Shown piece by piece: positions 1 to 11,963 of a stretch of DNA of 64,000 nucleotides. The stretch spans positions 34,100,001 to 34,164,000 of the forward strand of contig NC_079170.1 of assembly GCF_947568905.1 (NCBI RefSeq). Direction: 5' to 3'. The translations under genes were made by a program, and so were the position numbers. The stretch comes from Ostrea edulis (taxonomy: Eukaryota). The notes under the pieces were generated by a model. The model made no database searches. It had not been told where the DNA came from and saw only the letters and a list, made by a program, of their open reading frames with translations. The number at the start of each line of letters is the position of its first letter. The stretch's first letter is position 1.

Positions 1-402
1 TTGGGTCGGCGCGATATCAGATCTAGTCTAAGATCACGGGTATCTTACGCCGACCCAATATATTTCACACTTTCCGCAAGAAGCTAAGCACTTCTGTTGA
101 TTTCAAATACACGGATTAGCTGACCCCCATTGTTCTACTGAGGCGAAAACCCCTTCGAATTTGCATGGAATGTACAAGTTATACACAGGTCATTGTTATT
201 GTCATACATCATAGTACCGCTAACCCGACAAACATTTTTTTTTTATTTTGAATAAGTTATTGAATGACGAAGTATGACCAAACTGCAGATTGAACTTTAT
301 AGAGCCCCGTGCTAACATTACTTATATTTTTCAATGTATCAGAAGGGGTATGTTGCCGGTTAAGTTGTGTAAATTTCTTGACAAGCAATAAAATAACAAC
401 AA

Positions 403-1092
403 TCAAAGTACTGAAGGTACTGAAACGAGGTGACGTTTGGCAGTGACTTCAGCATGTCTTTGGACAAGAGGCATCATTTCTACATTTGCCATTGAAACTA
501 CATACAATTCAAAAGCTGCACCCTCTTCACGCCCAAAGAGCTTTCTCAAAAGAGCTTGTAAATTTGAAAAACCACTGACTGTCAACAAAACAGAGCAACC
601 GTCTGCCTTAAGATTTGCGTTTGCATCACGTGCATGTGGATCGAAAACATGGAACAGATTGCCTGAGCAGAATACAGCAACAGAACTGCCATTGCATATA
701 AATATACCTCCATCTTTGGTATTTGCAAAGCATAAATTCAGTGCTGTAGCAAGAGAGAGGAAAGGGCCGTTATCTTTAAAAGTGGATTGTATTTCCCCTG
801 CATAAACTGGTAAAGCAGACACATGAAGCAACTGATTTTGAATGCAAACATTTTTGGGCAAGTCCTCTGGGTTAAGATGTTCATGTGGACAGGCCTGTCT
901 TGCATGCTTGTATAAAACATCACCTTTTTCGAGAACAAAATGAATATCATTCGCATCCCAATCTCCAAACAATTTTTGGTTAACTGCATTAAATGCAATG
1001 CACACAAGTGAATTTGCTACACATTGTTTACCTCTGCTATATTCTGAGAAAGTTTCTGACCCTTGATGAAAGTTGGCAGACACGCATTTCAA
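403..1092 (-). pseudogene. Herpesvirus-tegument-type deubiquitinase (peptidase C76 / Herpes_teg_N-like) coding exon, probably frameshifted at its 5' end
   Basis: Motifs ANFHQG..F...RGKQCVANSL (catalytic Cys), D..L..GD.LY and FHVFDPHAR (Asp/His). The frame stays open upstream to ~1194. An AG acceptor (1201-1202) and ATG (1198) reach this frame only if one A is removed from the A7 run at 1172-1178. Confidence 0.75.
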
Positions 1093-4000
1093 AATTATGG
1101 GATCTTTTCTTACATTGTGACTTTTTTTGACAGATTTTGGGCTCTCCCTTTGATGAGTATCAAAATCATGATTTTTTTCTTTTTTTGCTACCCTTCATAT
1201 CTGATGACGACAACAACTGTCAACTCTTGAAATGACTCATTCAATTCTTGAGTCAAAGTTAAACCAGTCCAAGAAAATTTCCACTCTTGAAATATCAACT
1301 CTTGAAAACAAGTGTCAACTCTTGAGATAATTCATTCAACTCTTGAGATAAATCATATTTCGTGACAAAGAAATGTAAACTTGATTTCCAATATATTACT
1401 TCCAATGGAGTTCTTTTCTTGAATAAAAAATATATTCACAAAAACATGTTCATTTATATTTCTTAATTAATGTTTACAGTTATCTGACTTGACCATGAAA
1501 GAGCGCGGGAAATGGCGCTCGGCCCTTTTGATCGAAGATTACATGTTTACACCCAGATTTAGCATTAAAATCTCAAAAAATGCGTCCAAAAGAAATATTT
1601 TGGTAAAATTGTACGAAATTAACACATTGAGTTTCAGATAATTACCTTGAGTTAATGTTGGCAAGAATATATCAGTTCTCTCAGGCAAGACGTTTTCTCC
1701 TTGTTGATAAACAGGATAGCGTGGCGCGTATGGATACAGAGAAATAGTGCTGAGTTTAATATTAAAATTCTAATTACACACAATTTCTGCTTGATAAATA
1801 CAACAGATCACATACAAGGAAGACTTCTTCAATCTGACATAAAACAGAATTTATATATAACAGTTTAATAAAAATGGAACATAGTATCAATGTGAACTAT
1901 TTTTTGATAGGCGATAAATCGGCTAATTAACATAATTTTCAGACATAAGAGGAGACAGCTGTTTACCCAGAATTCCTAGAGAAAAATAGACCATGTTTTC
2001 CCCGTCTATATGTGAAAATGCGAATGAATACAGAAGCAATGCAAATCGTTTCCTACAGTCCAATTCTGTTTTTCTAAGATCGTGGAATAAAATGTTGGCA
2101 AACGACAAATAATTTTGATCTTGTTTACAAACCTAAACACTAATTCGCGATTCCTTTTGATGTGTGGACTTTGTTTCATATCGAAGGGATAAAAATTGCG
2201 ATTTCATACATTCTTATTTAACTCGCTTATCGTAGAGGGTAAACATATGGATCCTATATCAATCTCAAAGTGAATTGTGACAGCTTTTACATTGCATTAG
2301 CATATGTGACAACAAATTTCTTATATTAAAAATCAAAGTGATTTCGCAAATGGTAGTGATTAAAACAGGGCGCCATTGAAGCTGGGGTCTGACATACGAG
2401 GCTGACTTACGTCACCTCGAAAAATAGTGCTTAAATTGTCCGATTACGAAAACCTTTCAAGTTTTCAAAGTACACCCTCTCCGATTCTACGTGCTTGTAA
2501 TCAATATTTAAGGATGTAAATCCTCGGTGTCAAATGCAACTAGTTCATGAAAAAAAAACTAATATAAATATAAACAGAAATGACTTAACGATTATTTGCT
2601 TTTATTCTTATACGCTATCGATTATTAAAATCTTTAATTTAATCTTTAGATGCATTAGATAATGAAAGCAAGAGAGATAGAGAGAGAGCATTGGTAATCA
2701 TTAATTATAATATTCATGAATGTATGCAGATACGGGAAGTTTAATACGTTCAGTATAACTTCTTTCTGATTAATTATCCATCCCCTTTCATTCTGATATT
2801 TTTTTTTTATTTCCCATTTTGTTTTCTTTACATGTTAAATTTTCCGGCTGGTCCGGGTTAGGACTAATGAATGAGTCCCCCCCCCCCCCTTCTAAAACGA
2901 TGTTACGTGCTTAGTTGTCTATCTCCCTCTCAGTCAAAAATAAAATAAATACATGCTATATATACTGCAACATCATTGGATTTACTGGATAATTCTCCGA
3001 TTGCACCTTCATAATACATGTTAATGCAAGTGGACTATCTAGGCTTTTTTTTTCATCTTCGTTAGCCGAGATTATTCGTGCACGAAGGCACAGTTGACTC
3101 AAAACCCATTGCTAACGGAGATTAGATGAATTTTACCCCCGTATTATGTTATAACTGACCACAACCTAGTACGTTTGTTTTACAACTTTCATTCAGAAGA
3201 CGCGCAAGTTATTGAGTTACTGAATAAACGAGAAAACGTCTGCATTTTTATTTCAATCGTTGTCAACTCTTTACTTTGTGATATTTCAAGACTACATGTA
3301 CTCAATTCAATTTATTGGATCTCATCACTATTATGCAATGGTATACAAAAATATAAAGACAAAAAGCTGTTATATATACATTTAGTAAATAATACATGCG
3401 TGTAATAAAGTATTTATCAAGTTAGAAAAAAAACCTTAAAAAATACGTGTTATTATTAATGTGAAGGCATTCTAATGAAATTTTCTTAATGAAAGTACGG
3501 AGTTTTCTAAAGGTTTGTTTAAAAGTAAAGATAGTTTTAATATTTATTTGTTTAAGTGATAAAAATTTGATTCTTTGCTCACATTGCTTCACAGTTGGGT
3601 ACATAATGAAATTCATATCCAATGTAAACACGTACATGTATATAGCTGACCTTAATCACATATTCCTAATTACAATGAAAACTTTACGTAAAAATAATCT
3701 ATTGCTTATGGTACACATTTCTTTGAACTGCTGTTTATGAAATTGAAATTACTGGCATGTGATTGTCGTTGTTCATGACCCTTCTTTTATTTGGTGAAAT
3801 TGTGCTGCACGTGCCGTGAAACAATGTACCGACGAGTGGTAGGAATAACACAGGTGTTTATATACAGGATGTCGAGAATTTGGGCGTTTCATAAAAAGGT
3901 GTGAACGTCTGCAGGGAAGTCTACATACGGATATGAACCGAAAACACCAACGTATCATTAAACAACAATTACAAGAATTGAATGATTTATAGCTAATTTC

Positions 4001-5127
4001 TAAATAAGTAATGGGGTGAGGGCATGTATGCTGGCCAAGCGAAAAGGTTTTCTGGGTGAATCATTTCGGAAATTATTTCTTTGTTTTATCACACGGAGGT
4101 ACACGGTGGCATCGACGGAGGTACAGGTGACATCCACGAAGATGCGCGGTGGCATCGCTCGCGCGGAAAAATAGGACTTCAAAGGTGCCGACAATTTTAA
4201 AAGTCCACCGTGTTTGGGGCAAATTTGTTCCACCGCGTTGCGTGGAACACGCATAAAACTCGTGTCGTGTACTGTATAAGACAATTTGTTCTGCACCATT
4301 AAATTTCTACATATGTATCATATGAAGCATGTTTTTAAAAAAAGTTAAATAAAAAATACTCAAGTATTCCTTTTATTTTTACCTTTCTTTATGGTTCATG
4401 GAAACTATAGTTTCAATGTGAAGCTCAAAAAAGTATATGATACAATTTTCCCGTAACTTAAATTTTATAACAATTAAGTAACTAAACACAAACATCACTC
4501 AAAAAGGCCATTATAAAAGATTTTCCTTATTAAGTGATTAGAATTTGATGTCTCAAATTATTTACTAGGATTTGATTATGAGATTACAATCCGACATGCT
4601 TCTCAAAAATCTGCTTGGTAGAAATGTAGAAATTGTTTTTCATTCATGCATTAAAAGATTATAATAGCCTCTTTGAAATCAAGATACTGATCAAATAAAA
4701 TTCAAACAAAACACAAAACAAGAGTTATACAACCATAGAATGCATTTGGCTATGCAAAATTTGGTAAATAACACTGAGTGAGAAAATTGGCTTATATCTC
4801 AATGCAAACAAAAGTTCAACACAAACAATAACACAATTTACCTATGTGTCATAATCAAACGTTTGTTTTTGAAAATCAACACTTCTTAAGAAATTGGGGG
4901 AGGGGTGAAATCAGCAATAAATTGTTAAGGCAGTTGATAGATATATGCTTGTTTGCTCAAATTTACCATTATTCATTGAATAATATCCACACATCTATAC
5001 TCAATTATACTAATTCGTAATTTATGTTGAATAAGCCCAGTGCAACACAGCCATTATCTAGAACTATATCTAAAAACCAACCTATAACCAGAAACTTTGG
5101 TAGCAAAAAAATCTTTAAACCAAACTT

Positions 5128-6165
5128 AAAACCAACATTGAGCAACATTTGGAACCTTGACTTCTACATATGCAGAAGTACTGGTATCTGTGTTTCCATT
5201 TTCCGTAACCTTGCTAAAGCCAAGAGATCTTCTAGCAGTTTTGGTCACTTGATCAGATGACCCTATAGCTGATATTATCAAACATATACACATGGTAAGT
5301 TATCCAATGATGTAACCCTATACTTCTTTTACCAGTCTTTTGTAAATACACCGTGGTTATGTACAGAATTATGTTATTAATTCAATTAACTATTTTAAGT
5401 TTGTACCACATGCACATACCAGTATTCAAGTCTTTATCAGCAAGCACCCCTGTACATTGTGGACCTTCTCCTTGAATCTAAATAGATAACATAAATTAAG
5501 ATATTGCTTGCATTTGCCTCTAAAGGGCTACATTCTGTGGTTTATACAATCACTGAATTGATATGAAGGTTTATCTAAAACTCATTAGACAATGCACCAT
5601 GTATTTCATCTCTATATATAGTTTATTGTTACTACATGTACATGCAAAACTTCTTACCTCTACAATCTCTGAAAATTCCCAGAATGAGATGCTATCTTTA
5701 CATTGTGATGACTCTGAAAAGTTATTTCATTATAAACATCCTTATATTTCAGCAATTCTATCTAATTTTAAACCTTTACTATTTATCTTTTTTTAAATCC
5801 AACATTGCCTAATAATAGCACCTATTTTTGTCTTCTGTCATCAAGTTTTATCCAAGATTTACCAGTAACTTTTGCATCTGAAAATAAAATATCAGAAAGA
5901 AACTAACAATCTTTCAATTAAGAAAATATTTATCTCATATCTATTCAATGAAACCTGAAATAATACATTACATATTCATGGTCAAATAACTATTCCTGAT
6001 TCTTACAATGAAATAATTAGGGGGGAAATGTATCAATTTTCATAATACCTTCAGGCTTTGGCAATAGGGGTCTGAACTGACATGTAGTTACATATCTTAG
6101 GGAGTCTCATGGGTCTGTACAGCCTCGTTTGACAGGTGAACGGACTTGGCTTCCGGAAGAGATGC
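5128..6165 (-). pseudogene. Candidate run of small phase-compatible exons (6165-6049, 5877-5863, 5713-5658, 5477-5420, 5268-?) of an S/T/K-rich protein
   Basis: AG/GT boundaries and matching phases give ISSGSQVRSPVKRGCTDP*DSLRYVTTCQFRPLLPKPE-DAKVT-ESSQCKDSISFWEFSEIVE-IQGEGPQCTGVLADKDLNT-AIGSSDQVTKTARRSLGF..., with one internal TGA. Manual prediction only. Confidence 0.4.
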
Positions 6166-6189
6166 CTGACAGTGTATAGTAAATAATGT

Positions 6190-6788
6190 ATTATTCTGCT
6201 TCATACTTAGATATTTTATTGAAAGTAGACATTAACGGCAAACTAACAACTCAACTGTATGACAAACGGGATGATTTCGGCTTCTCCATCGTCAACTTCC
6301 CACATTTATGTAGCAATATTCCATTATCACCTGCATATGGTGTTTATATATCTCAACTGATTCGATATGCAAGAGCTTGTTCTGCGTATAGTCAGTTTTT
6401 AAATCGAGGTAAGCTACTGACAAACAAATTGATGGTACAGGGATTTCAACAGTCTCGATTGAAGTCAGCATTTCGCAAATTCTATGGTCGTTATAACGAT
6501 CTAGTTCGTCAATACAACCTCGCATTGGGTCAAATGCTGTCTGACGTGTTTCATACCGATTGTTAAGCCGTTCTTGGCACACTGTTTTTGACTGCGGATA
6601 ACTCCGTTTACCTGATCAGGATATAGGGCTCACGGCGGGTGTGACCGGTCAACAGGGGATGCTTACTCCTCCTAGGCACCTGATCCCACCTCTGGTGTTT
6701 CCAGGGGTCCGTGTTTGCCCAACTATCTATTTTGTATTGCTTATAGGAGTTACGAGATTGATCACTGTTCGTTATCTTCACCTTGCAT
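6190..6788 (+). mobile_element. Penelope-like retroelement 3' fragment (RT C-terminus + 3' UTR), Naiad-like
   Basis: SYLDILL..GKLTTQLYDKRDDF.FSIVNFP.LCSNIPLSPAYGVYISQLIRYARAC matches the PLE RT C-terminal region. The ORF stops with no downstream GIY-YIG, consistent with N-terminal-endonuclease PLEs. The 3' UTR recurs many times in the window. Confidence 0.8.
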
Positions 6789-8620
6789 TGATGCATTTAT
6801 ATACATTTATTACTTGTGATCAGTGTATCAAGAGCAAACAAGGGTTTCATTCTTCAATATTCTATGCCAGGGCTGTCACATCATATTTTGGTATTGGGGC
6901 AGAGGCCGTTAAAATGAAAATTAGTGAATTGGGAAAGGGGTTGTTCAGGGGCCAAAATTGACAACAATAAAGGACACTGAATGCTGATTTAAGGACAGGA
7001 CACCATTTGTAATTAGATATACATAATTAGATTCTGAACCCATCTGCAGTCGTTTGTACATGAGTGATAATATAAATAGCACATCTTAAATAAATTATGA
7101 GAGAATCATTTTTGAATTAACTCGTATTCAAATTGAACATTTAAAACTGTTTATGAGCTTTAGCATGAATGTGATCAGGTCTAGTACAATAACTACCTTT
7201 AGGTAAGCAGCTTGAATTACATACATAGCTTTATTTACCTACTTGAGGTAGTTTTATTTAGCTACTAAATCATACTTACTTCTTCAATTATCATTTTTTT
7301 CATCGAGTGCAAATAATCGCACTTTCATACAGTAATAGTTTTCAACTTTGAACTGAGACCAACGATCTGACTCGTGGATAGAAAATTTAATTCGATATTC
7401 ATCTGATATTTTCGATGTTCTAATTTTATTTCCGTGACAATAGAAGCCTCTGTTACGATTAGCTTTTTGTAATAATTAACAGTTACTGCATGATTTGTAC
7501 AAACACGTGAATAAACACAAAATAGTTTTTATTGTGGTTGAAGATGTTGAAAGTAAGTAATAAGTAGAAAACTGTCCAATATGTCAGATATCGAATGGTC
7601 CGGGACTGTTCTGGGAGGTTTGCGCCTTGCAACCTAAAACAGTTTTACCGAAATTAGGTTGTACATTACTTGACAATGTCCAAGATATCAGACGATATAC
7701 ATGTAGCAGTTTTTCTATTTGCCATTCCAGTGGCGGATTCAGGGGGGATTCCGGGGTCGGACCCCCTTCCCCCTCCTTTCATCAGACAATTTGCTAAAAA
7801 GGGGTAAAAATCACCCATTTTGAGGATGCCCTCCTTTGAAAACCAAAATTGTTTGACGAGAAGAAACGACGTGTATTAATAAAGTTGCCCTTAAATTGTC
7901 GCACTGGATAAAAACTACAATTAGAAACGCATTCGCTATACTGATTTTCAAATTTTGAAAATATGAAAGATCGTTCATTTTGTCTTTGGTCAACTATCGG
8001 CATGACGGATTACAATTACATTCGTAAAATCATTATCTTATTTTCAATATGGAGAGAAATCATTTATGTTACCTAATAAACATTTAATTTGGAGTTCCAA
8101 GTGACTTCCTAACAATCAAGTGTTATTTACTGTATATGATGTCAATAAATATAACATAACAAATGCATTTAAATTAAAGATATCGTTCATTCCATTCAAG
8201 TGCGCAACAATTCAAACGAGTATCAGCGGTTTATTAACAGTATTATACTATGTATCATTTATTGAAAAAAAAAGTAAAATTATGGAGAGGACATTCAATA
8301 TTCTGTTGTTGGATATAAAAGTCATATCACGAGTGAGATAATATTCTTTTCATTATTTTCACAACTGTGAAGCCATAAAAAATAATGGAGAAATTTCCAT
8401 AAATACGCATAATCAATTGAAAATATCAAGTTTTTGTATGCCTTTAATGTTTTCGATGTTACCTTTTCAAATGCTTGAATTATGTTTCTTGTGGGAAAAG
8501 TTGTATATCTAACAATTAGGTTATATTGGGCCTAAAATTTACACGTCTTTAGTTCTGTGTATTAACGTGAATTGACAAAATTCATTCACGAGTGTCGATC
8601 ATAAATTTCTACATTATATT

Positions 8621-9143
8621 ATGTTTGGAATGTGTAAATGTAAAATCCAGAATCAGCTATCTGAGTGGATAGACAGAGAGTGTCACCTTGAGCTGTTGTA
8701 CAAGATTAGTGTACACGGGGGAACGGCTGATAAGTTCCACGAGTTGTGTGACGACAAGGGTCCCACGGTGACCATCTTCTACAACACAGACAACAACGTG
8801 TACGGGGGATACACGTCACTGAGCTGGAAGAGTGAAGGAAGCTGGTGTACGGACAAACTGTCATTTCTGTTCAAGCTGTATACCAATAAAATATGGGAAC
8901 CCAGAAAGTTTACATTATCAAAGACAAACACAGACATGAACGTTTTATTTGATAGTAGGTACGGCCCAAAGTTTGAGAATTTGAAATCTTTTAATACATC
9001 TGTTGACAAAACTTCCGGTTATTACTCACTGAGTAAAGGCGGTCTGTTCGGTGGAAGTTATTATGACATGGGAGGAGAGAACGCACAGTCTGTAGCCAAC
9101 GGACACAACAACGTCACAGATCTAGAGGTGTATCTGGTCAAAG
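8621..9143 (+). CDS. IFI44L: IFI44L-like copy A exon 1 (TLDc domain)
   Basis: TLDc motifs; donor AAG|GTAAAT at 9143/9144; start codon collinear with copy B. Confidence 0.92.
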
Positions 9144-11926
9144 GTAAATGTCCACATATATAAGCATTATAAAAAAAAACCATATAAAACATAGAAATGG
9201 ATTGGATCAAAGATAAACATCCATATTCATTTATTATGTCTTTACTGGGTTTTAAATGCATTGCTTTGATAATGCGTGTTTGTTACATGTACATGTACCT
9301 TGTTGCATTTAATCCTGTTGTAAATTATAGATAAAACTCTTAGAACGCAAATGTCCATATTCATTTATTACGTCTTTATTGTGTTTTAAATCAGTGAATG
9401 TTACTTCTAATTACTTCTACTTTTAATTCTATTGTACAGAAATTGAAACAATAGTCTGGAAATCGTTAATAGTTTTGTTTTTTTCACATGGCTGAACAAA
9501 CCCTTAAAACTCTATATTTCCGTCGCATGTTATACAGGCTATTTCCTTATATTATGTTATAAGTAACCTTTATCTATACAGATGGCCCGGAGGAGTCTAT
9601 AACGGTCCCATGGAGAGACCCGCCGGGATGGAAATCACAGGTACCAAATTTTATGTTTAATTCGTATCGTTTTATTGCCAAGAACCGTACAGTTCATAGG
9701 TTTAACGTATATTCAGAAAATAAGTACCTTAATATGTTAACATATAAAGCATGACATAGTACAGATGACTGTGCGGAATAGTAACATTGCAACATTACAT
9801 TTTTTACAATTGATAATATGTTGATTAGTCACGGCATTCATTATTATTGTCGGTGACCCTTTACGACCTGATATTGATTTTAAGGGAGATTTTAATTGGT
9901 TTCTCTGTCCATTTAGTTGTCCATTTATCTCTTAATTTCCACAACGTTGGTCTTTGTAATAGCTTTTGAACTGTACAGGACATCTCTATACTTGAGATAC
10001 TGATAATTACGGAAGCCGTTTAGTACCAAGGGGAAAACATTATCTTTTGGCCACCATCTGTAATCAGTTAACAGTATATAATGGTCCACTAAGCACAAAT
10101 GATGAACGTGAACACGAACGTCAGACTTTATTTTTGTATGGGGTTGACCTATATGTACTATGACAAATTGACTTTATTTTTGTATGGGTTTGACCTATAT
10201 GTACTATGACAAATTGACTTTATTTTTGTATGGGGTTGACCTATATGTACTATGACACATTGTGTTCTCTGGCTATTATCCACCTTTTGTTATTAATTCA
10301 AGACTGCTTAAGCGAAATTAAGAGTACGTACACTTGCAGTATACAAATGTATCAAAATATGGGTGGTGATTACGTTGCGGCCGCCTGGAATGTATTTGGT
10401 GATTGCCAGATAATTATGTGGCGATCATCAGGAACTGATTTGGCGGCCACAATATATTTTTCCCTCACCTGGCACTAATTAATCGACTTTCGTTGAAATC
10501 CAACATCGAAGTTGGATAATTTGTAATGGCCATTAGTTCAGGAAGCTCTATGTCAAATTTGCCAAAATTTAACGTTGCCACACTACACTGTTTAAGTTTC
10601 ACGAACAAATCTTGGCATTTGATAAGATAAGACAGAAAATAGTTTGGAATAACATTTTCAACAGAATATGAAATGTGTTTAACTCTCTGCGTAATAAGTC
10701 GACTTTAAACATATCAGTCAATATTTCTATTCTTACCACAGGATATTAAGACCATTCCAGAATAAGGGACTAGTAATAGAGGAACTTGAACGAGTACTTA
10801 GGACACATAACATTTATGAAATGTGTTGCCGAATTTCATATTTCCCGAGCCTTGCCGAGGGGAATTTCTAAACCCGATAACGAATTTTATAAATTCCATG
10901 TGCCATAAGCACGAGAGTAAGATTCTATTTATCACACATCTATCAATAAACGCGTGTTTTAGTTACTTTCGATTTCACGTTTCTCTGGTTTTTATTTCGC
11001 CTTCAGTCTCTTTGCATCGTCTGAAAATGTCTTGAGCGCAAGAAATAAAATGTAAAGCTGAAGATAACGATCAGTGATCGATTTCATAGCTCCTGGAAGG
11101 AATGCAAAATTAAGAGTTGGGCAACACAGAGCGCTAGATATACTAGAGGTAGGATCAGGTGCCTAGGAGTAGTAATCATGCCTTGTTGACTGGTCACACC
11201 TGCCGTGAACCCTTTATCTTGATTAGGTAAAAGGAGTAATCCATAGTCAAAAATGGCAATGACACGTTGTATTTGGCTAACTAGATTGTTATACCAATCA
11301 TAGAATTTGCGAAATGCTAACTTTAAACGAGACTGTTGAAACCCCTGCATCATCAGTTTGTTTGCCAGTAGCCTGTCTCAATTAACACGTCGACGTGATA
11401 GCTTAATTGAAATTTTGATCTTGAAACTTTAATTGTGACCTCGGCTTTTGCGGTCTCATCCGTAGAATCGCCCCCATTTAGTCGCCTCTGACGACAAGCA
11501 ATGGGTGCTGAGGATATAAACGAGTAGGTGAATTACATATAATAAATATATATCTACTACTGTTATTTTCAGACACTTATGGAACTGAAGGACTACGTCA
11601 TTGACTACCGACCTCCGGAGGAAATGGAGGCACCGGAAGCAAATGTGTTACTCGTTGGACAAATTGGCGCTGGAAAATCAAGTCTGTTAAACACTATGAA
11701 CTCCATCTTTAAAGGAGAAATGACGTCACGGGCCTGGACGGGGAGCTCCGAGAACAGCCTGACTACAAGTGTACTTATAATGGTTTTACTTGGGTGTAAT
11801 ATTCATTATTTATTAATTCTTATATGTGATACGTTGATAAACGTATATAATATACCGTATACATGTATCCATATTCACATTGCAAAGGCTTCATGAAATA
11901 AGTAAATAAGTCAAGGTCAGATTAAA

Positions 11927-11963
<37 letters not shown>

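Noticed and set aside
437-805. 122-aa plus-strand ORF
   Set aside because: Antisense shadow of the C76 ORF; no recognisable motifs.
1201-1230. CTGATGA followed by a small stem (possible hammerhead)
   Set aside because: No GAAA or cleavage triplet in the required positions; the same applies to CTGATGA at ~16275.
2508-2530. TTAA|GGATGTAAA resembling a Kolobok terminus
   Set aside because: No partner terminus found.
6190-6215. Near-identical 5' truncation points of the two longest PLE fragments (6193 and 47575)
   Set aside because: The 47570 copy seems to extend a little further upstream in decayed form; two copies cannot establish a preferred breakpoint.
6292-6961. ORFs 6292-6582, 6608-6796, 6641-6961 and similar ones at 48039, 53290, 55322 and 63688
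   Set aside because: Alternative frames of the Penelope-like 3' repeat; they recur only because the repeat does.
9144-9163. ORF-track ends of IFI44L exons (KCPHI*, VLIMVLLG..., NLSLIF...)
   Set aside because: Read-through into introns past GT donors.
10124-10261. Short direct repeats (also 1219-1346, 23020-23280, 36510-36895, 54023-54252) as possible CRISPR arrays
   Set aside because: Head-to-tail or irregular repeats without unique equal-length spacers, no cas genes, eukaryotic context.
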